Source of the DNA: Phyllosticta citribraziliensis
Taxonomy: Eukaryota
NCBI RefSeq assembly: GCF_038025025.1
Contig: NW_027117338.1
Location: 3,286,001-3,350,000, forward strand
Direction of reading: 5' to 3'
DNA: 64,000 nt
Positions 9,707 to 22,645 of this stretch are shown piece by piece. Within the stretch, counting starts at the first letter, position 1. Each line of letters opens with the position of its first letter. Position numbers and translations under genes: made by a program. The notes beneath the pieces are model-generated. The model did no database searches. It was not told the DNA's origin and saw only the letters and a program-made list of their open reading frames with translations.

Positions 9707-11533
9707 CTAATTCTCAGCCGGAGGCGCCGGCCACGTGTTGCGCCAGCCCTTGCCCCAAACCTGGGTAGCAATGACGCTGAGCGAGGCGGCGGCAATAATG
9801 GCGGCTTGGGAGCCAAAAGTGACGGAGTAGCCGCTGAGATGGACCCAATCCATTTGGAAGTAGGCGACGGAGAAGCCGCCGATGACGCGCCAGAAGTTGA
9901 TCCAGGCCGCGGCCAGCGAGGCGTGGTTCGGGAAGCAGTCGAGGACGTAGGCAGAGATGGCAGTCATGGCGCCCAGCGTGGCGAAGCAGAGCATGGCCTG
10001 AGTGGGTAGAATGTTAGCGGGAAGTATGGTATATTGGAAGAGCGGGAGAGCCGACTTACCCAGCCAAACGCGATGCCGATCCAGTGCAAGCTGTGCTGGA
10101 GCGTCTCGCCAAAAAGGACGAGCCCGGCAACGCCAAAGACGACAGGGACGTAGACGCCGTTCAAGCGGTTCTCAGGAGCGTGCTTGCCATCGTGGCGCTT
10201 GGTGTAGCGCCGGACAATCCAGTCGTTGAAGTAGCGGCCCCAGACCTCGCCGACCAGGGTGCCGATCATGGGCGCCCAGTACAGCATCGCCAGGGAGACG
10301 TAGTTGAAGTTGAAGATCGGGAGTGTAAACTGCGTGATGGTGGACACGATGCCAATGGTCCACATGGTGATTGGCATGACGAAGAAGGCCGCTGTTGCAC
10401 GGTCAGCAGGAATACGTGGATATCTCGAGGTACCAGACTCACTGGGAAAGAAGAGGTGTGGGCGTGCGAGCAGAGAGCTCAGGTGCTTCGTCACGGTCCA
10501 CATGTCAGGTCTGCCCGAGGCGCGCACGCCTTCAATGCCAATGAGGAGAGACAGGTGCCGCGCCCAAGTCTTTGGCTTCTGCTCGGGAGCATTCCGATCA
10601 AACAGGGTCTCGTCGCCAAAGAGAATCACCATGATGGTGCTGAGAGCATAGAAGCCACAGAGAACGGCAAAGTCGGGCCGCCATTCCAACTTCAATATGA
10701 TGAGCGTGGAGAAGAAAGGACCAAGGTAAGGACCGATGAGGAAAGAAGCAGCCCAAAGATTGATTTTGCGAGCCCGCTCGTGGAAGAAGAACATGTCGTG
10801 GATCATGGACATGCCAATTACTTGCGGGGCGGTACCAAGGAAGCCCTGGAGGGCGCGGCAGGCGGTGAAGCTAACATAGTCGGGCGCGACAGTGCAGCCA
10901 ATGGTGACAATGAGCGTGAGGAATTGGGACCAGAAAAGGACAGGAAGACTACCAATCATCAGTCGCGGGCCATGTGGGTTGGCGTGGTTGGGCTTACCGG
11001 CCATAGCGTTGGCAGAGTGGCACGGCCAATAGACCGCCAGGGCCTTGCATGAAGATTGCCGGGCTCATGGACTGGGATACATCCTTGGGGCTCATGTTCC
11101 TACGACCCGTTAGCTGCGGGATCTATCAACTTCAATTGACATGTACGTGCCAGTCCATGGCCTGCTTCTCGAAGACGGTGCTTCCCCACGTCAATGCCCA
11201 ATCGCTCAACATGCACCCAGGGATCAGAGCGAGCATGACGAGGTGCTTCTTCTTCCAGGTCCAGTTGAGCGGGTCGTCGGGGCTGCTCGAGGGCTGTGGC
11301 ACGAGGACAGTGCCATCTGGTCCAACGCGTACTTCACCAGAAGAAGGCAGACTCTTGATCGAAGGGGGACACACGGTATATTTGTCGGGGCTCGAAGAAG
11401 AGTGGTCGGAGGTCACGGTGATCTTTTCGTTGCTCAAGCTAGAGTTATCCTTCGGGCCCACGGCAATCTTTTCGGGGTCCAGGAAGAACGTCCCGCAATT
11501 GGAAGCAGTCTCGACAACGTACTTGTCCGACAT
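9707..11533 (-). CDS. MFS transporter (DHA1/HOL1-like), multi-exon
   Basis: N-terminal VLVPQPSSSPDDPLNW motif, then hydrophobic segments with RALQG, HDMFFFHERARKINLW, GPYLGP, DETLFDR and PENRL spread over ORFs 11132..11563, 9964..11004 and 9707..9994. Internal exon borders are approximate. Confidence 0.88.
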
Positions 11534-13479
11534 GATGAGCGAAGGACAAAGGAGGAGAAACAAAAATGGAGACAGACGATCTAGGGGTCAAAGCACCAGA
11601 GGGCGGACGTAGAGGATTTTAAACACATGATGTGGACTAGAATCTGCAATGGCTGGCTGCAAATGAACCAGGGAAGAGGCATGATCGAGGAAGCCCAGCG
11701 GCGAGCTTTGGGCAGATGTTCTAAAGCGGGCAAGCTGACGATAGGAAAATACCCATGGTGGTGGCCGAGGGCGGTTTCAGCTTGGTCGGCGGGACGACGC
11801 CTCTGCCAGCCGCTCGACCAAGAGGCGATGGCTGAAGAGAAACTCTGTAGGGCAGTCTCGTGGGAGGCTCCGACGGCCATCAAGTCCCTCGGGCTCTATT
11901 GGGATGTTGAAGACGTGCGGTGGTAGGACTAGCCAGGGTCCAGGGATGGCGCGGCGAGGTGAGCCGATGGCAGCAGCTGCGCAAGTCCCGCCGCGGGTCG
12001 ATCTCATAGCTCCAACGCCTGCGACCCACAGCGTTGACGGCGCAGCTAACGCAGAGACGGAGTAGCGCCAGTCGCAGCCATGAATAGCACTTGGACAGAT
12101 GAAGATCTGGAACGTGGGCTGGGAGAGGAGAGCTGTGGTTTGTTTTGGGTCTTCAGGTCGGCCAGTGGGGCCGACTGAAGTTTAGCCGACGCGCTAACCC
12201 TTTTCGGACTCTGGAGCTCGACCACGACAGCAAACAGAACATACTCTTGCAGTCTTCATCTCTGCCAGAGGCAACTCTTGACCGTTGCAAACGATGCCTC
12301 AAAGGCTTGACTACGCCAGGGCACCATGTCGCCGTCCCCCATCTGGATGACTCAACCGCTGTCAGCAGTCGTCGTACTTGTACGTCCGTAGCATCGCTGC
12401 TCTTCAGCTCCCTGCTCCACCACGCTCATTTCCACTCTCTGTCTGTTTCTTCACACGCGACAAACATTTTTCTCTTTCCCTAAATCACAGCGCCGAGCCA
12501 TGGGCACAAGAGGCCGAGTTGGCGCACGGGTGACTCGCCGACTTTTGAATTTCATCGGGCCGCGCGCGTCACCGTTGCCCAAAGCCCAAGAATTAATTCA
12601 TTGGCAACTCTCCATGGCCAGCCTGGGCAAACCAGTTGAATCGCATTTGACTTTATTGTCGGCGCTCATTCTGATCAACGGTATATGAACGGCGGCAATG
12701 GAACAAACTGCCGAGGAATTCAACAACGGCACTGCAAGAAACTGATCCCTGCATCGCAGCCTTGGTGTTTGTGCGACTCTTGGTCAGAGCGGCACGACAT
12801 GCGACGCCCTTGGCACTGTGATTTCCACGAAGATGGAGTCGAAACGTTGAGGGCTTCTCCTCGTTTGAGAGCGATGCGGAGCGCTGACTTTGCGTTTGCG
12901 GAGGCTGGCTGTGTAAGCATACATGAGTCTCAGGGGAAGTGGCAGCACAGCAGCTGATTTGATATCGAGTATGATTTGCCCCTAGCACAGTATATGTACA
13001 TGAGCTTCTCAGCAACAAGGAGAAGTATTGACAGAAGGAAATCGTCCACTATCCACAACCTCCATTCCAAAACCGGCGCAAGAAATGCTCCCATCACTCG
13101 TGGAGAGGCCGTCGGAAAGATCAAAGGAAATTACTCTGGTCGTGGGGGGTTTCCCACACACAAGACCGTCGACTTTGCCCAGTCGAAGAAGATGGCACCC
13201 GCGCAAATGCAAAAGGCGGGTAAGGGGTGGCCCGCAACAGTGATGCTCTGTCCTGGAATTTGGGAAGGGTTCGGATTCGGATCCGTCGAGTTGACTCGAG
13301 TCCAGGCCAGCGGGTATGAATAATCCAGCACCCAGCACCAAGTCCGCCGTTGGAATAGTTGTAAAACCGAGGAGCCCGCAAACCCGTACGCCGATGATGT
13401 AGCTGTAAGAGAATGGCTATCTATGGGGGTATATGCAATCAAAGTCGTCCAGTCGTGGCGCCCGCAACCGCCAGCCCCC

Positions 13480-14616
13480 TCAAGAGATGGTGTGGGTCTT
13501 GGAATCGATGTTTATATACGCCGTGTACATGTTCCGGCCAGTGCCATCGGGGCCGTTGGCGTGGAAAACCAGGTGCTCACCGTCCGCAGAGACGTCGGCA
13601 CCGCCTGGGGACTGCAAGCCCATCATGCCCGTCTTCGCCAGCGGCCCGTACTTTTTGTAAGGTCCCTTGAGCTTGTCGGCGAAGGCGTACGAAATGTCAT
13701 AGTGCTCGCTGGTGAAGCAGTTGGAGCTGAAGAACATGACGTACTTGCCGTCCTTGGTGCGCGTCATGCTGGGTGCTTCGATGAGCGGGCCATCGCGGTC
13801 GCTGCGGTCGAGAATCTTGACGGGCGGCCCTTGCGGCGTCACGCCGTCGGGCCACATGAGCTGTAGCATGATGGGGGTCGATTTGATCGGCTTGTTCCCG
13901 TTGTTGCAGCTCCCTCCGTTGCCGATGTGGTTCCCGTCGACTTTGTACAGTAGGTATCGCTCGCCGTCGTCGTCCCTGAATCCTGATGGGTCGATGGAGC
14001 CGCCTTTCTTCGTGTTGCATGCTATCGGGTCGTCCAGCGGCACAAACGGTCCTGTAGGCGACCATGAGTATCCCGCGCTGACGCAGTAACTGGTCTCCCC
14101 TTTCATCCTCGCCGCGTAGTAAAGAATGAACTGCCCATAGTCGTTGATGTTGATGTCTGGGGCCCACACGACCGGACCTGGGTCTGACCAATTACCCGTT
14201 TGAGGAAGCGCGTCGTAGCCTTGGACGACGCTCCACGTGGAGAAGTCCGGTGAAACTGCTAGTTGGACGTTGATTCCCTTGCCGTTAGTCGTTGCAAAGG
14301 CATACCAGCTGTCGCCAAACTTCATTATGGATGGGTCGGGGAAGTCTTGTCCAATGGCCCTGGTAGCTGTGATGTTCGCTCTTTTTGCGGGAGAAAGGCG
14401 CGTCCTGAATGTTTTCAGGGTCGAGGATCCCAAGCGCGCAACGCGTATTTCAAGTGCCTGGTCGTTGTACACCAGGCTAAGAAACACGATGGTGATGATG
14501 GCCACCAGCGCGCTGATTGTCTTGAGCCTGCGAGGTGCGTCCATGACTCTCGTCTTCGGGTTCCACACAGGACTGCCTGGGGGTCGAGTTGGACGCCGCG
14601 AGAGTGGAGATGGCAT
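13480..14616 (-). CDS. Glycoside hydrolase family 43 (arabinanase/xylosidase-like) with N-terminal membrane anchor
   Basis: FPDPSI, VWAPD, GSIDP, LIEAP and SPGGA motifs, including the three acidic catalytic positions. A hydrophobic helix ISALVAIITIVFLSLVY follows a basic N-terminus. The start could be 14616 or 14544. Confidence 0.9.
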   Translation of the reverse strand: MPSPLSRRPTRPPGSPVWNPKTRVMDAPRRLKTISALVAIITIVFLSLVYNDQALEIRVARLGSSTLKTFRTRLSPAKRANITATRAIGQDFPDPSIMKFGDSWYAFATTNGKGINVQLAVSPDFSTWSVVQGYDALPQTGNWSDPGPVVWAPDININDYGQFILYYAARMKGETSYCVSAGYSWSPTGPFVPLDDPIACNTKKGGSIDPSGFRDDDGERYLLYKVDGNHIGNGGSCNNGNKPIKSTPIMLQLMWPDGVTPQGPPVKILDRSDRDGPLIEAPSMTRTKDGKYVMFFSSNCFTSEHYDISYAFADKLKGPYKKYGPLAKTGMMGLQSPGGADVSADGEHLVFHANGPDGTGRNMYTAYINIDSKTHTIS

Positions 14617-16168
14617 TTAGAAGGGAGAGTAAACACGTGCGGAATCGCCGCAAAGTCATATTGTTGGTTGAATCCATTTTATGGTTCGCTGGTGACGCTC
14701 AACTACGGAACCTCTAGTTAGCCCAACGCAACAGTGAGGACATCTCGCATCTTTCAACAACCCATCGCTACAGCAACAGTCCTGATGCTTGCCAATGCAA
14801 AATGCCCAAGAAGGACATGTATTCATCAAGGCGCAGGTCTCTTCCATCGGGTTTGCAGTAGCGGCAACGTGCTGCGGTTTGTCCGCTTCGCGCGGCTCCG
14901 GTAGATCTCAACCGTACTCTCAAACGAGCTGGCTCAATCTGTCCTTTATTGCGAGCATACAACGCACGTGAATTCTATGCGCGCCTCCTGGTCTCTTATC
15001 ATGAAGACAGGAGATTGAGGCTGACTCTGTGTGCACTTTGAGAGATAGAAAGACACAAAAAAGCAGAGCTCTTTTCCGCCATTTCTGGCAGAGTACATGC
15101 GTCAAAGGAACATGCAGGCAACCTGAGGGGAGCCAGCAAACCTTGAAGTCTGGTCGAGGTTCGGAAAGTTTCCGCGTTTTAATGGCAGTGTATCGGTGCG
15201 TGCCGAGATTTCGGTACATGTTGGTCCATGTGCCTGGTTCCAATTGCACTGCCTATTGGCGCGTGTTTGTCGAGGTCATGTGTGCGATAGTCGAGGGTCC
15301 AAATAAACCAGCGACTTGAGCGCCTGCAAACACTGCGACAAAGAAGCCATGACAAGGTAGGAATTGGAAAACTAGGCCTACGGCCGTTCAAGATTGCCGA
15401 ACTTGCATCGAGGAGTTTCGCGCGCGGCACGTCTTTCGCAGTACTCAGATAGAGTTGGAAGGATGTCGACTAGTCATCATCAGTTGATCATATTGAAAGC
15501 GGAAATGGGATTCAAGTTGGATGAGAGAAGGAGTCAAGGGATTCGAATTTGGGTCCAGATCGAAATGAGCAAGACGACCCGCGGAAGCAAATGTGCGAGG
15601 GACTCGTCCTTTGCACGAAACCCGACGGTGGACGGTGACGACAGTTGCATCTCTGTGGTGGATGAAAACAAGCAGTATGGAGCTCAGCCGGAAGGGTGAA
15701 GTATTCAACAGATACGCAGTGCGCCGAGTCCAGTTGAGATGAAGAGTCGTCTGCGTGGGCGTCGTCAGATCAGGCTGGGTTGAGGTCGCTGTGGCTGGGC
15801 TGGTGTGGCGCGCAGCCCTGTGGCTGCTGAGCTTGGCTTGGCGTGCGGCGCGTCTCGGCGCAACACCATCAGGTCCAGGTCGCGCTCTCCCAGAGCTCGT
15901 GCATCCACGCAAGGAGCCACCAGCTTCCAACCTCACTTCCGACACGTCTCGTCCCCTTTGCGGACTTCCGCTTTGCCCTCTGCGCTCTGTCCGCGCTGCC
16001 TGCCGCTCGCCTGCCAGAGCCTCGAACATGCTCATCTAGTTCCTAACGGCTTCAACCTTCTCGGGCCCCGACCAGCCGTTCTACTCCTCGACCCAGCGCC
16101 ATCGCACCATCCACGCACGCATCATTGGCTATCTTGAACATCCTTTCGAGGCCCTGGTTGCCGCCAAC

Positions 16169-17564
16169 ATGACGCTTTGGAGTCCTGACAACATCAAAGA
16201 CGTCGCCGAGTCGGTCGGCATAGCTTCACTCAACGATGAAGTGGCCGAGGACCTGGCACGCGACGTCGAGTTCCGGATCGGACAGGTCATAGAAGAGTCG
16301 CTCAAGTTCATGCGCCATTCAAAACGTACCACCTTGACCACCCAGGACATTTCGCAAGCACTGAGAGTGCTCGACGTCGAGCCGCTGTATGGATACGAGT
16401 CAACCCGGCCGCTGCGGTTTGGAGAAGCATCAATGGGCCCTGGACAACCGCTGTACTACGTTGAGGATGAAGAGGTGGACTTTGAGAAGCTCATCAATGC
16501 GCCATTGCCAAAGGTGCCTCGCGAGATATCCTTTACAGGTGAGCCTCTCCCGCCCACTGGCTTGTTGCGCTGCTAACACGGTTTCAGCCCACTGGCTTGC
16601 GCTCGAAGGCGTCCAACCCGCGATCCCGCAGAATCCCACTTCTTCCGATTCGAGACATCAAGATTTGCTGCCCAAGGGCCCCGGAGCCAACCCGCACCTG
16701 GCAGCCGTCAACGGCTACGACAACGTCGCAGTCAAGCCCTTGGTCAAACACGTCATTTCCAAGGAATTACAGCTATACTTTGATCGCATAGTGAGCGCAT
16801 TGGGTGACGCAGACAATGAAGAATGGAGGCAACAAGCCCTGGGCAGCCTTAGGACGGACCCGGGCCTCCACCAGCTCGTCCCTTACTTTGTGCAGTATAT
16901 CGCCGAAAAGGTCACGCACAACATGAAGGACATTTTCATCTTGACACAGATGATGCACATGACGTCGGCGCTACTGACCAACCCAAGCCTTTATATGGAT
17001 GCCTACGTTACTGGTCTGGTGGCACCGGTCCTGACGTGTCTGATGGGCAAGAGGATTGGGACTGGCTCGGAGGGCAACCCGCTGGCGCACTACGACCTTC
17101 GAGACTTGGCGGGATCCATCATCATCGAAATCACAAAGCGCTACGGACACTCAGCACCGACGCTCAAGAGACGGCTGGCCCAGACGCTCCTCAAGAATTT
17201 TCTGGACCCCAAAAAGCCGTGCGGCACGCACTACGGAGCCATTCTGGGACTGCAGGGAATCATGGGCGCGGATGCAGTTAAGAGCCTCATCATGCCGAAT
17301 CTCAAGCTCTACGAAGAGGTGCTGAAGGAGCGGCTTGCGGACGAGTCGACCAAGGCCGAGGCCGAAATGGTGGTGACGGTCCTCCTGCGCGGACTGCAGA
17401 CGGTCGAGAGTGGAGTGTCGCCCATGACCAATGGGGTGGGCAGCGGCAGCGAGACGAGAGAGAAGCTGGTGGGCAAGATTGGCGAAGTGCTGGGCAACAA
17501 GGTGTACGAGCTGGGCAGGCCGCGACTGGTTGCAGAGATTCTGGCCACGGGGACGGACATTTGA
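16169..17564 (+). CDS. TAF6: Transcription initiation factor TFIID subunit 6
   Basis: Histone-fold N-terminus ([10 protein letters not shown]...[13 protein letters not shown]...VEPLYGY). Intron 16539..16587. [29 protein letters not shown] and [14 protein letters not shown]. Confidence 0.96.
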
Positions 17565-17844
17565 TTGATCAATGGCGGCGGCGTTTCGGGGGGGGGATCA
17601 AAAGGCAAGATACCTGGCGTTTATCAAGAATTGGAGGAGTCTGTAAGTAGGCCCGTGGGCATATGCATGGTGAGCCAACGAGAGAGCGACACAGCGTGAT
17701 GCGGCGGCGGGGCGTGCAGGTCACGCCGCATCGTCTCTTCCACTTCGACCCAGATCCCGCCTCCATCATTGAACAACTCAGCACCGCAGACCTCAGTCGC
17801 CCAACCACAGACTGTCCTGTCCGTCACTGACAGCGCAGCCCCGG

Positions 17845-19128
17845 ATGGCGTCGACCGCTGAGCCAGAGCACTCGTCGACCTCGACCTCGACCCCGACGGT
17901 CCACCATGGCTCGCAACCGCGACGGCTACATGTACCCGCCTTGCGCCAGCTCTACAGCCGCGTCACTCTGCGCGGCAGACGCAAATCCACCGCCACCGAG
18001 TCGACCGTCTCGTCGCGGCCCGTCGTCGTACGCACCTATTCCCCTGCCTCTCGCCGCAGCAGAGCGTCGCCATCGGTATCGGCATCCCGCTCGCCCTCCT
18101 CGGCACGTGAGCAGCCCTCCAGCAGCCGCTCTGCTATGCACGCGAGCCCTCCGCCTCCTCCTCACCTCCCTCCCACTGCCGACTTCTCCTTCGCTGGCAT
18201 CCTCCATGCCGTCGAGCCCGAGATTAGCGGCGCTATTGACGCCATCGCCGCCATTTGCGCGCGCAGCAGGCTCTGCCTGGCCAACGAGTATGCCGCGCAC
18301 CGCCCGCCGCACGAGGTACTTGACCCAGGCAACCCCATCCCGCTGCCTCCCTCCCCCTCTCGCAGCCAGAGCCAGAGCCAGCGTCCGCGTTGGTGGAGCG
18401 TCGTCCGCGACACGGCGCTGGCCGCGGTTCCCGAGGCCAGCAGCAGCAGCGAGCGGCTGACAGGCAGCCGCACGGCGTCGCGCGCGTCGCTCAACTCGAC
18501 GGCCGGGCAGAGCGCCAAAGGGGCCGCCGTCGCCGCCGCCGCGGGCACGAAGAACGCGTCGGCGTACGGCAGCCTGAAGAGCTTTGTGAGCGGCGACGGC
18601 AGTGGCTCTGAGTGCCGTCGGAAGGGCCTGGCTGCGCTGTTTGGCGGCGCCGCAGACGACGCTGTGTCGTCCCATCATGGCCCGCTGTCGTCGGCCACGG
18701 ACTGGACGCACGCTCAGTGGATGGTGTCCGACGATGGCAGCGGCACCATACGTCTGTCTCCGGCGTCGTCGGCGGCGCGCGCTGCGGCGCCTCGTGTGGC
18801 GCTTGCTGTCACTGAGACGCCTGTCGCCGTCAAGGCGTTTTCTTCCACGACGTCCACGGCCGATGCATCAACAACAACTCTCCACCCCTCTCCCCCACCA
18901 AGCCACCCCTCACGCAGCCGCTCGAGCTCGTCGCCAAGCTGGCTGCCGTCGTGGGGCAGCGGCACCCGCACCGACGGCCCCAATATCAGTCCAGACACTT
19001 TGCGTCCTGCTGCTGGCACGTCGACGCTCGCTGAGCAGCGGCTGAAATGGCTGCTGGAGGCTTCTTCGGCGGCGCTGAGCAGCGCGGTGCCGGGTAAGAT
19101 GTGCGGGGGCCGGGCGCTGCCTCCTTGA
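17845..19128 (+). CDS. Hypothetical Ser/Ala/Pro-rich protein with one ordered island
   Basis: 427-aa ATG ORF, mostly low complexity, with a globular-looking segment FSFAGILHAVEPEISGAIDAIAAICARSRLCLANEYAAHRPP. Confidence 0.7.
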   Translation: MASTAEPEHSSTSTSTPTVHHGSQPRRLHVPALRQLYSRVTLRGRRKSTATESTVSSRPVVVRTYSPASRRSRASPSVSASRSPSSAREQPSSSRSAMHASPPPPPHLPPTADFSFAGILHAVEPEISGAIDAIAAICARSRLCLANEYAAHRPPHEVLDPGNPIPLPPSPSRSQSQSQRPRWWSVVRDTALAAVPEASSSSERLTGSRTASRASLNSTAGQSAKGAAVAAAAGTKNASAYGSLKSFVSGDGSGSECRRKGLAALFGGAADDAVSSHHGPLSSATDWTHAQWMVSDDGSGTIRLSPASSAARAAAPRVALAVTETPVAVKAFSSTTSTADASTTTLHPSPPPSHPSRSRSSSSPSWLPSWGSGTRTDGPNISPDTLRPAAGTSTLAEQRLKWLLEASSAALSSAVPGKMCGGRALPP

Positions 19129-19453
19129 GCGTGTACACGGCATGCGTTCTGCCTTTTGCTATGGCGCGGTCCGCCGGACTGTACAGGATACTGAGGATGC
19201 GTGTGACATGTGATGGGTGCCTGTCGCGACGACTCGACAGGCATACATGCATACCAGAATGGCTCTACTTCACGACCGCGCCAATCTTGTCGACGAGCCG
19301 GGCGCAAAGTATGACGCCTGCCTACGACGCCCTACGACGAACAACGGTCTACCAAGCGTGAAAGCAGTGGAAGAGACACTTGTGAGCTTCATTCCTCAAG
19401 CGGCGCCGCTCACGTTGCTTGCCTGCTGGCCTGCTGGTCTGCAATGTGTATGT

Positions 19454-19666
19454 CTGGCTGGCTGGCTGGCTGGCTGGCCGGATGGCTAAGAGAAGCACCA
19501 GCCGCCTTTCTGCGCATTCTATGTACAGTACATGTGTACGTATATATGTTATTCGACGGCGGGCGGGCAGACGGCGGGACGCTGAGCTTTTTGTCTCCTG
19601 AGTGTCTGTCGGTGATTTTGGTCTACGAGCCTGCCTGAATGTACGTACGTGGATGGATGGATGGAT
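19454..19666. repeat. Microsatellites (CTGG)n at 19454..19478 and (GGAT)n at 19650..19666
   Basis: Tandem tetranucleotides seen directly, in the region between two convergent 3' ends. Confidence 0.8.
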
Positions 19667-19854
19667 AGATACTGCGACGCCGTGACGAAGCAATGTGCGT
19701 GCGTGGATACACACATGTACCCAAGGTATGCATCCAGGATGCACCTCTCGTTGCCTTTACTGTAACTGGTAGAAACGCAAGTACTGCCGTGCAGTCGTAC
19801 GAAGTTCCCTTAGCATACCAAATACCTCATCTAACTTCGACAACACTACATACA

Positions 19855-21189
19855 TTACAACTTACTCCCCCGCCCCCTCCTCTCCAACGCAACCAACCCA
19901 CCGCCCTCAACACCAAACTGCAACCCCCGCTGCCACCCCACCCACCTCGCCAACACCTCCTCACCCCCTTCTCCCGGCGCCAACCCACGCTCCGCCCACC
20001 CGCCCCCCGCAACGCCCAACCCCTGCCCCACGGCCGCGGCCCGGCCCGCCTCGCCCTCACTAATCGCATACCCCGGCGTCCCCTGCAGCGTCACCAGCGG
20101 CCGCTGGTCGTGCCCGGCGGCCGCCAGTTCGGCCTGGCTGAGGACCGGCGTAGCGCACGCGTCCGTGTTGTCGAAGATGGCTTCCCATTCGGCGCGTGTT
20201 TTGCGCTTGAAGGTGGTCGTTAAGAGCGTGTGGAGGTGCGGCCAGGTGGTGCGGTCGGTGCGCGGGCCAGGGAGGGAGGAGGGGCTGATGGAGAGGCCGT
20301 GGAGGAGGGCGGCGAAGAATCTGTCTTCCAGTGCGCCGCTGCGTGGGAGGGTGAAGTCAGCACTTCGCTCTCTTCTTCTTTTCCAGGACTATCCACTTAC
20401 ACAGCCATAAACTTGCCGTCCTTCGTCTCATACGTGTCATAATACGGACACCCGCCATCCAACACATTATCCCCGCGCTCCCTATCCCACATCGGCCCCC
20501 GCATCGCCAGCCGCGGAAACGTCGCCATAAACGCGCTGCCATCCACCATGTTCGCCTCGACGACCTGCCCCAGCCCGCTGCGCATCCGCTCCAGCAGCGC
20601 CAGCAGTATCCCGACGAAGCAGACGGCCCCGCCGCCCGCAAAGTCGCCGAGGATGTTGCCCGGCGCATACGGCTTCTCGCCGCGCCGCCCCAGCATGCCC
20701 AGCACGCCTGCGACGGCCAGGTAGTTGATGTCGTGGCCCGCCATCGCCGCGTACTTGCCGTCGCGCCGGAAGCCCGTCATGCGCGCCACGATGAGCCGCG
20801 GGTTGAGGCTGCGCAGCACCGCGGTTGGGCATAGTCCCGCTGCTTCGAGCACCCCCGGCCGGTAGGGGTCGATGACGACGTCGACGTGTGGGATTAGCGC
20901 TTTGATGAGCGCGACGCCCCCGCTGCTCTTGAGGTCCACGCTGATGGACGTCTTGCGCCGCGTCAGTTGGTCCGGTGTTGGTGCGGGAGGCGGCCCCGCG
21001 GTCGAGGGAGCGGCGGCGCGGTCGATGCGGATGACTTCGGCGCCATAGTCGGCGAGGAGAAGCCCGGCGAAGGGACCTGCGGGTCGTCAGTCTGGTGCTC
21101 TTGCGCGAATGGGTTGGAGTGGACGTGCCTGGAGCTAGGCCCGCGAATTCGAGGACCTTGATTCCGCTGAGGGGAGGAGATGAGCTCAT
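19855..21189 (-). CDS. CoA-transferase family III / alpha-methylacyl-CoA racemase-like (CaiB/BaiF), peroxisomal
   Basis: [72 protein letters not shown]. Two introns. C-terminal SKL* (PTS1). Confidence 0.93.
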
Positions 21190-21587
21190 GGCACTGGTGA
21201 GCGGTAGTGTAGTGTTTGGTCGTGGAAATTGGCCTTGGTTTCTTGTTCGAAGCGGCGTTTGCGGAGCGACATGAGATGGGCGGGTGGTGTAGGTAGCTTT
21301 GCAGATGTCTGGGGTCTGGGGTTGAGTGGGGAAGACGCTGCCGCAGCCGAGGTAGCCCTGTTAGAGCACCATCCGATGAACTGCCGCTCGCTGGGCAAGT
21401 CGTCAGTGCGCGAGGGGAGTAAGGGTTCAGTTCAGGTCTCCTTAGGCGGTCACTCGAAGCTTGATTTGTTCTCAGTGTTGCCGGAAATGTCTACTGAATA
21501 GTAACTTGCTTAGACCGTCACTCGATGCAAAGAAACAAGAAGAAACCCCACAAAATGAAAACATCTCCTGCACCCAAGACAGCCCCT

Positions 21588-22645
21588 CTAGTTCACCGAC
21601 TTGGACCACCTCCACGGACTCTTCAAATCAAACACATCAAAATCGTAATCCCTCGGCAGCGGCAACAGCCGATTGCTCTTCTCACACGCCGCCAAATACC
21701 GCGGACAATCGCGCTCCAAATCCACCATCTCAAACGGGCCCTCAAACGGCCAGCCCCTGTCAGGCACCTTGCTCAACACCACTGCCCACGTGAACGACAG
21801 GCGATTCAGGACGCAAAAGCGCTCCGAGGCGCGGACTGCGCGTAGGGGTGCGAACACGGCGTTGAGGTCTTCGCAGCGGCCCGACACGCGCACGAACACG
21901 TCGCGCAGCCCGTCGAGCCGCGCCAGCCCTTTGCAGATGGCGCGCCAGCGCGCCATTTCGTCTGAAATGGGGTCGCAGAGCGCGCCGAAGTGGTAGCGGA
22001 GTGAGAGGGAGCGCACGTTGTTGAGGAGCGGCAGTGGCGTCGTGTTCAGGAATCTCTGCAGCGTGCGAAGCTGGCGGAAGCTGAGGCGCGCCTGTTGGTA
22101 GATGAGGGGGAGGAGCTCGAAGTAGCTGTTGCGGTTGGGATTAGAGGGGAATGGGGAGGGGAGGTTGGGCATGCTTACGTTGATTGGCATGTCATGGCTA
22201 GGTGGAGCAGGCTGGTGTTGTTGTGGCTCCGGCTCGTGTACTTGATATATCGCTCTGTCGTGCTGGGCTCCGTCTCCAGTGGACAGCAGTCGCGATCCGA
22301 AGCCGTGCAGCAGAAATGGCCCAGCTTGTCATCCCTGTGGCTAAAGAGATGGACATTCGATTCCAGTCCGGCGGCCTCGTATATCATGAGCCTGACCTCC
22401 AAAGGGAGACGGCAGAAGCCCGACGACAGTTGTGGGTCGCGTTCCATCTGGCAGGTTTCGAGGACCGTCCTTGGAGACTTGACCATGGTGGACGCTCCCG
22501 TTGGAGGCTGCATCGCTGCCGCGAAAAAGTCATGCGTGGAGGCTGCCTTGACGCCTCGGTGCTTCTGCCGCAGTGCAATATTCCTGAGCATCTTGCTGAA
22601 AGGCCGCCAGCGCCGAGAGCTCATTATTTCTGATGTGGGCGCCAT
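21588..22645 (-). CDS. Hypothetical protein, DUF7730/F-box-like (LPLEVRLMIY)
   Basis: QLSSGFCRLPLEVRLMIY motif and LAMTCQS|intron|YFELLPLIY...VRSLSL, split over ORFs 22175..22660 and 21588..22190. The pattern is typical of this fungal family. Confidence 0.75.
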
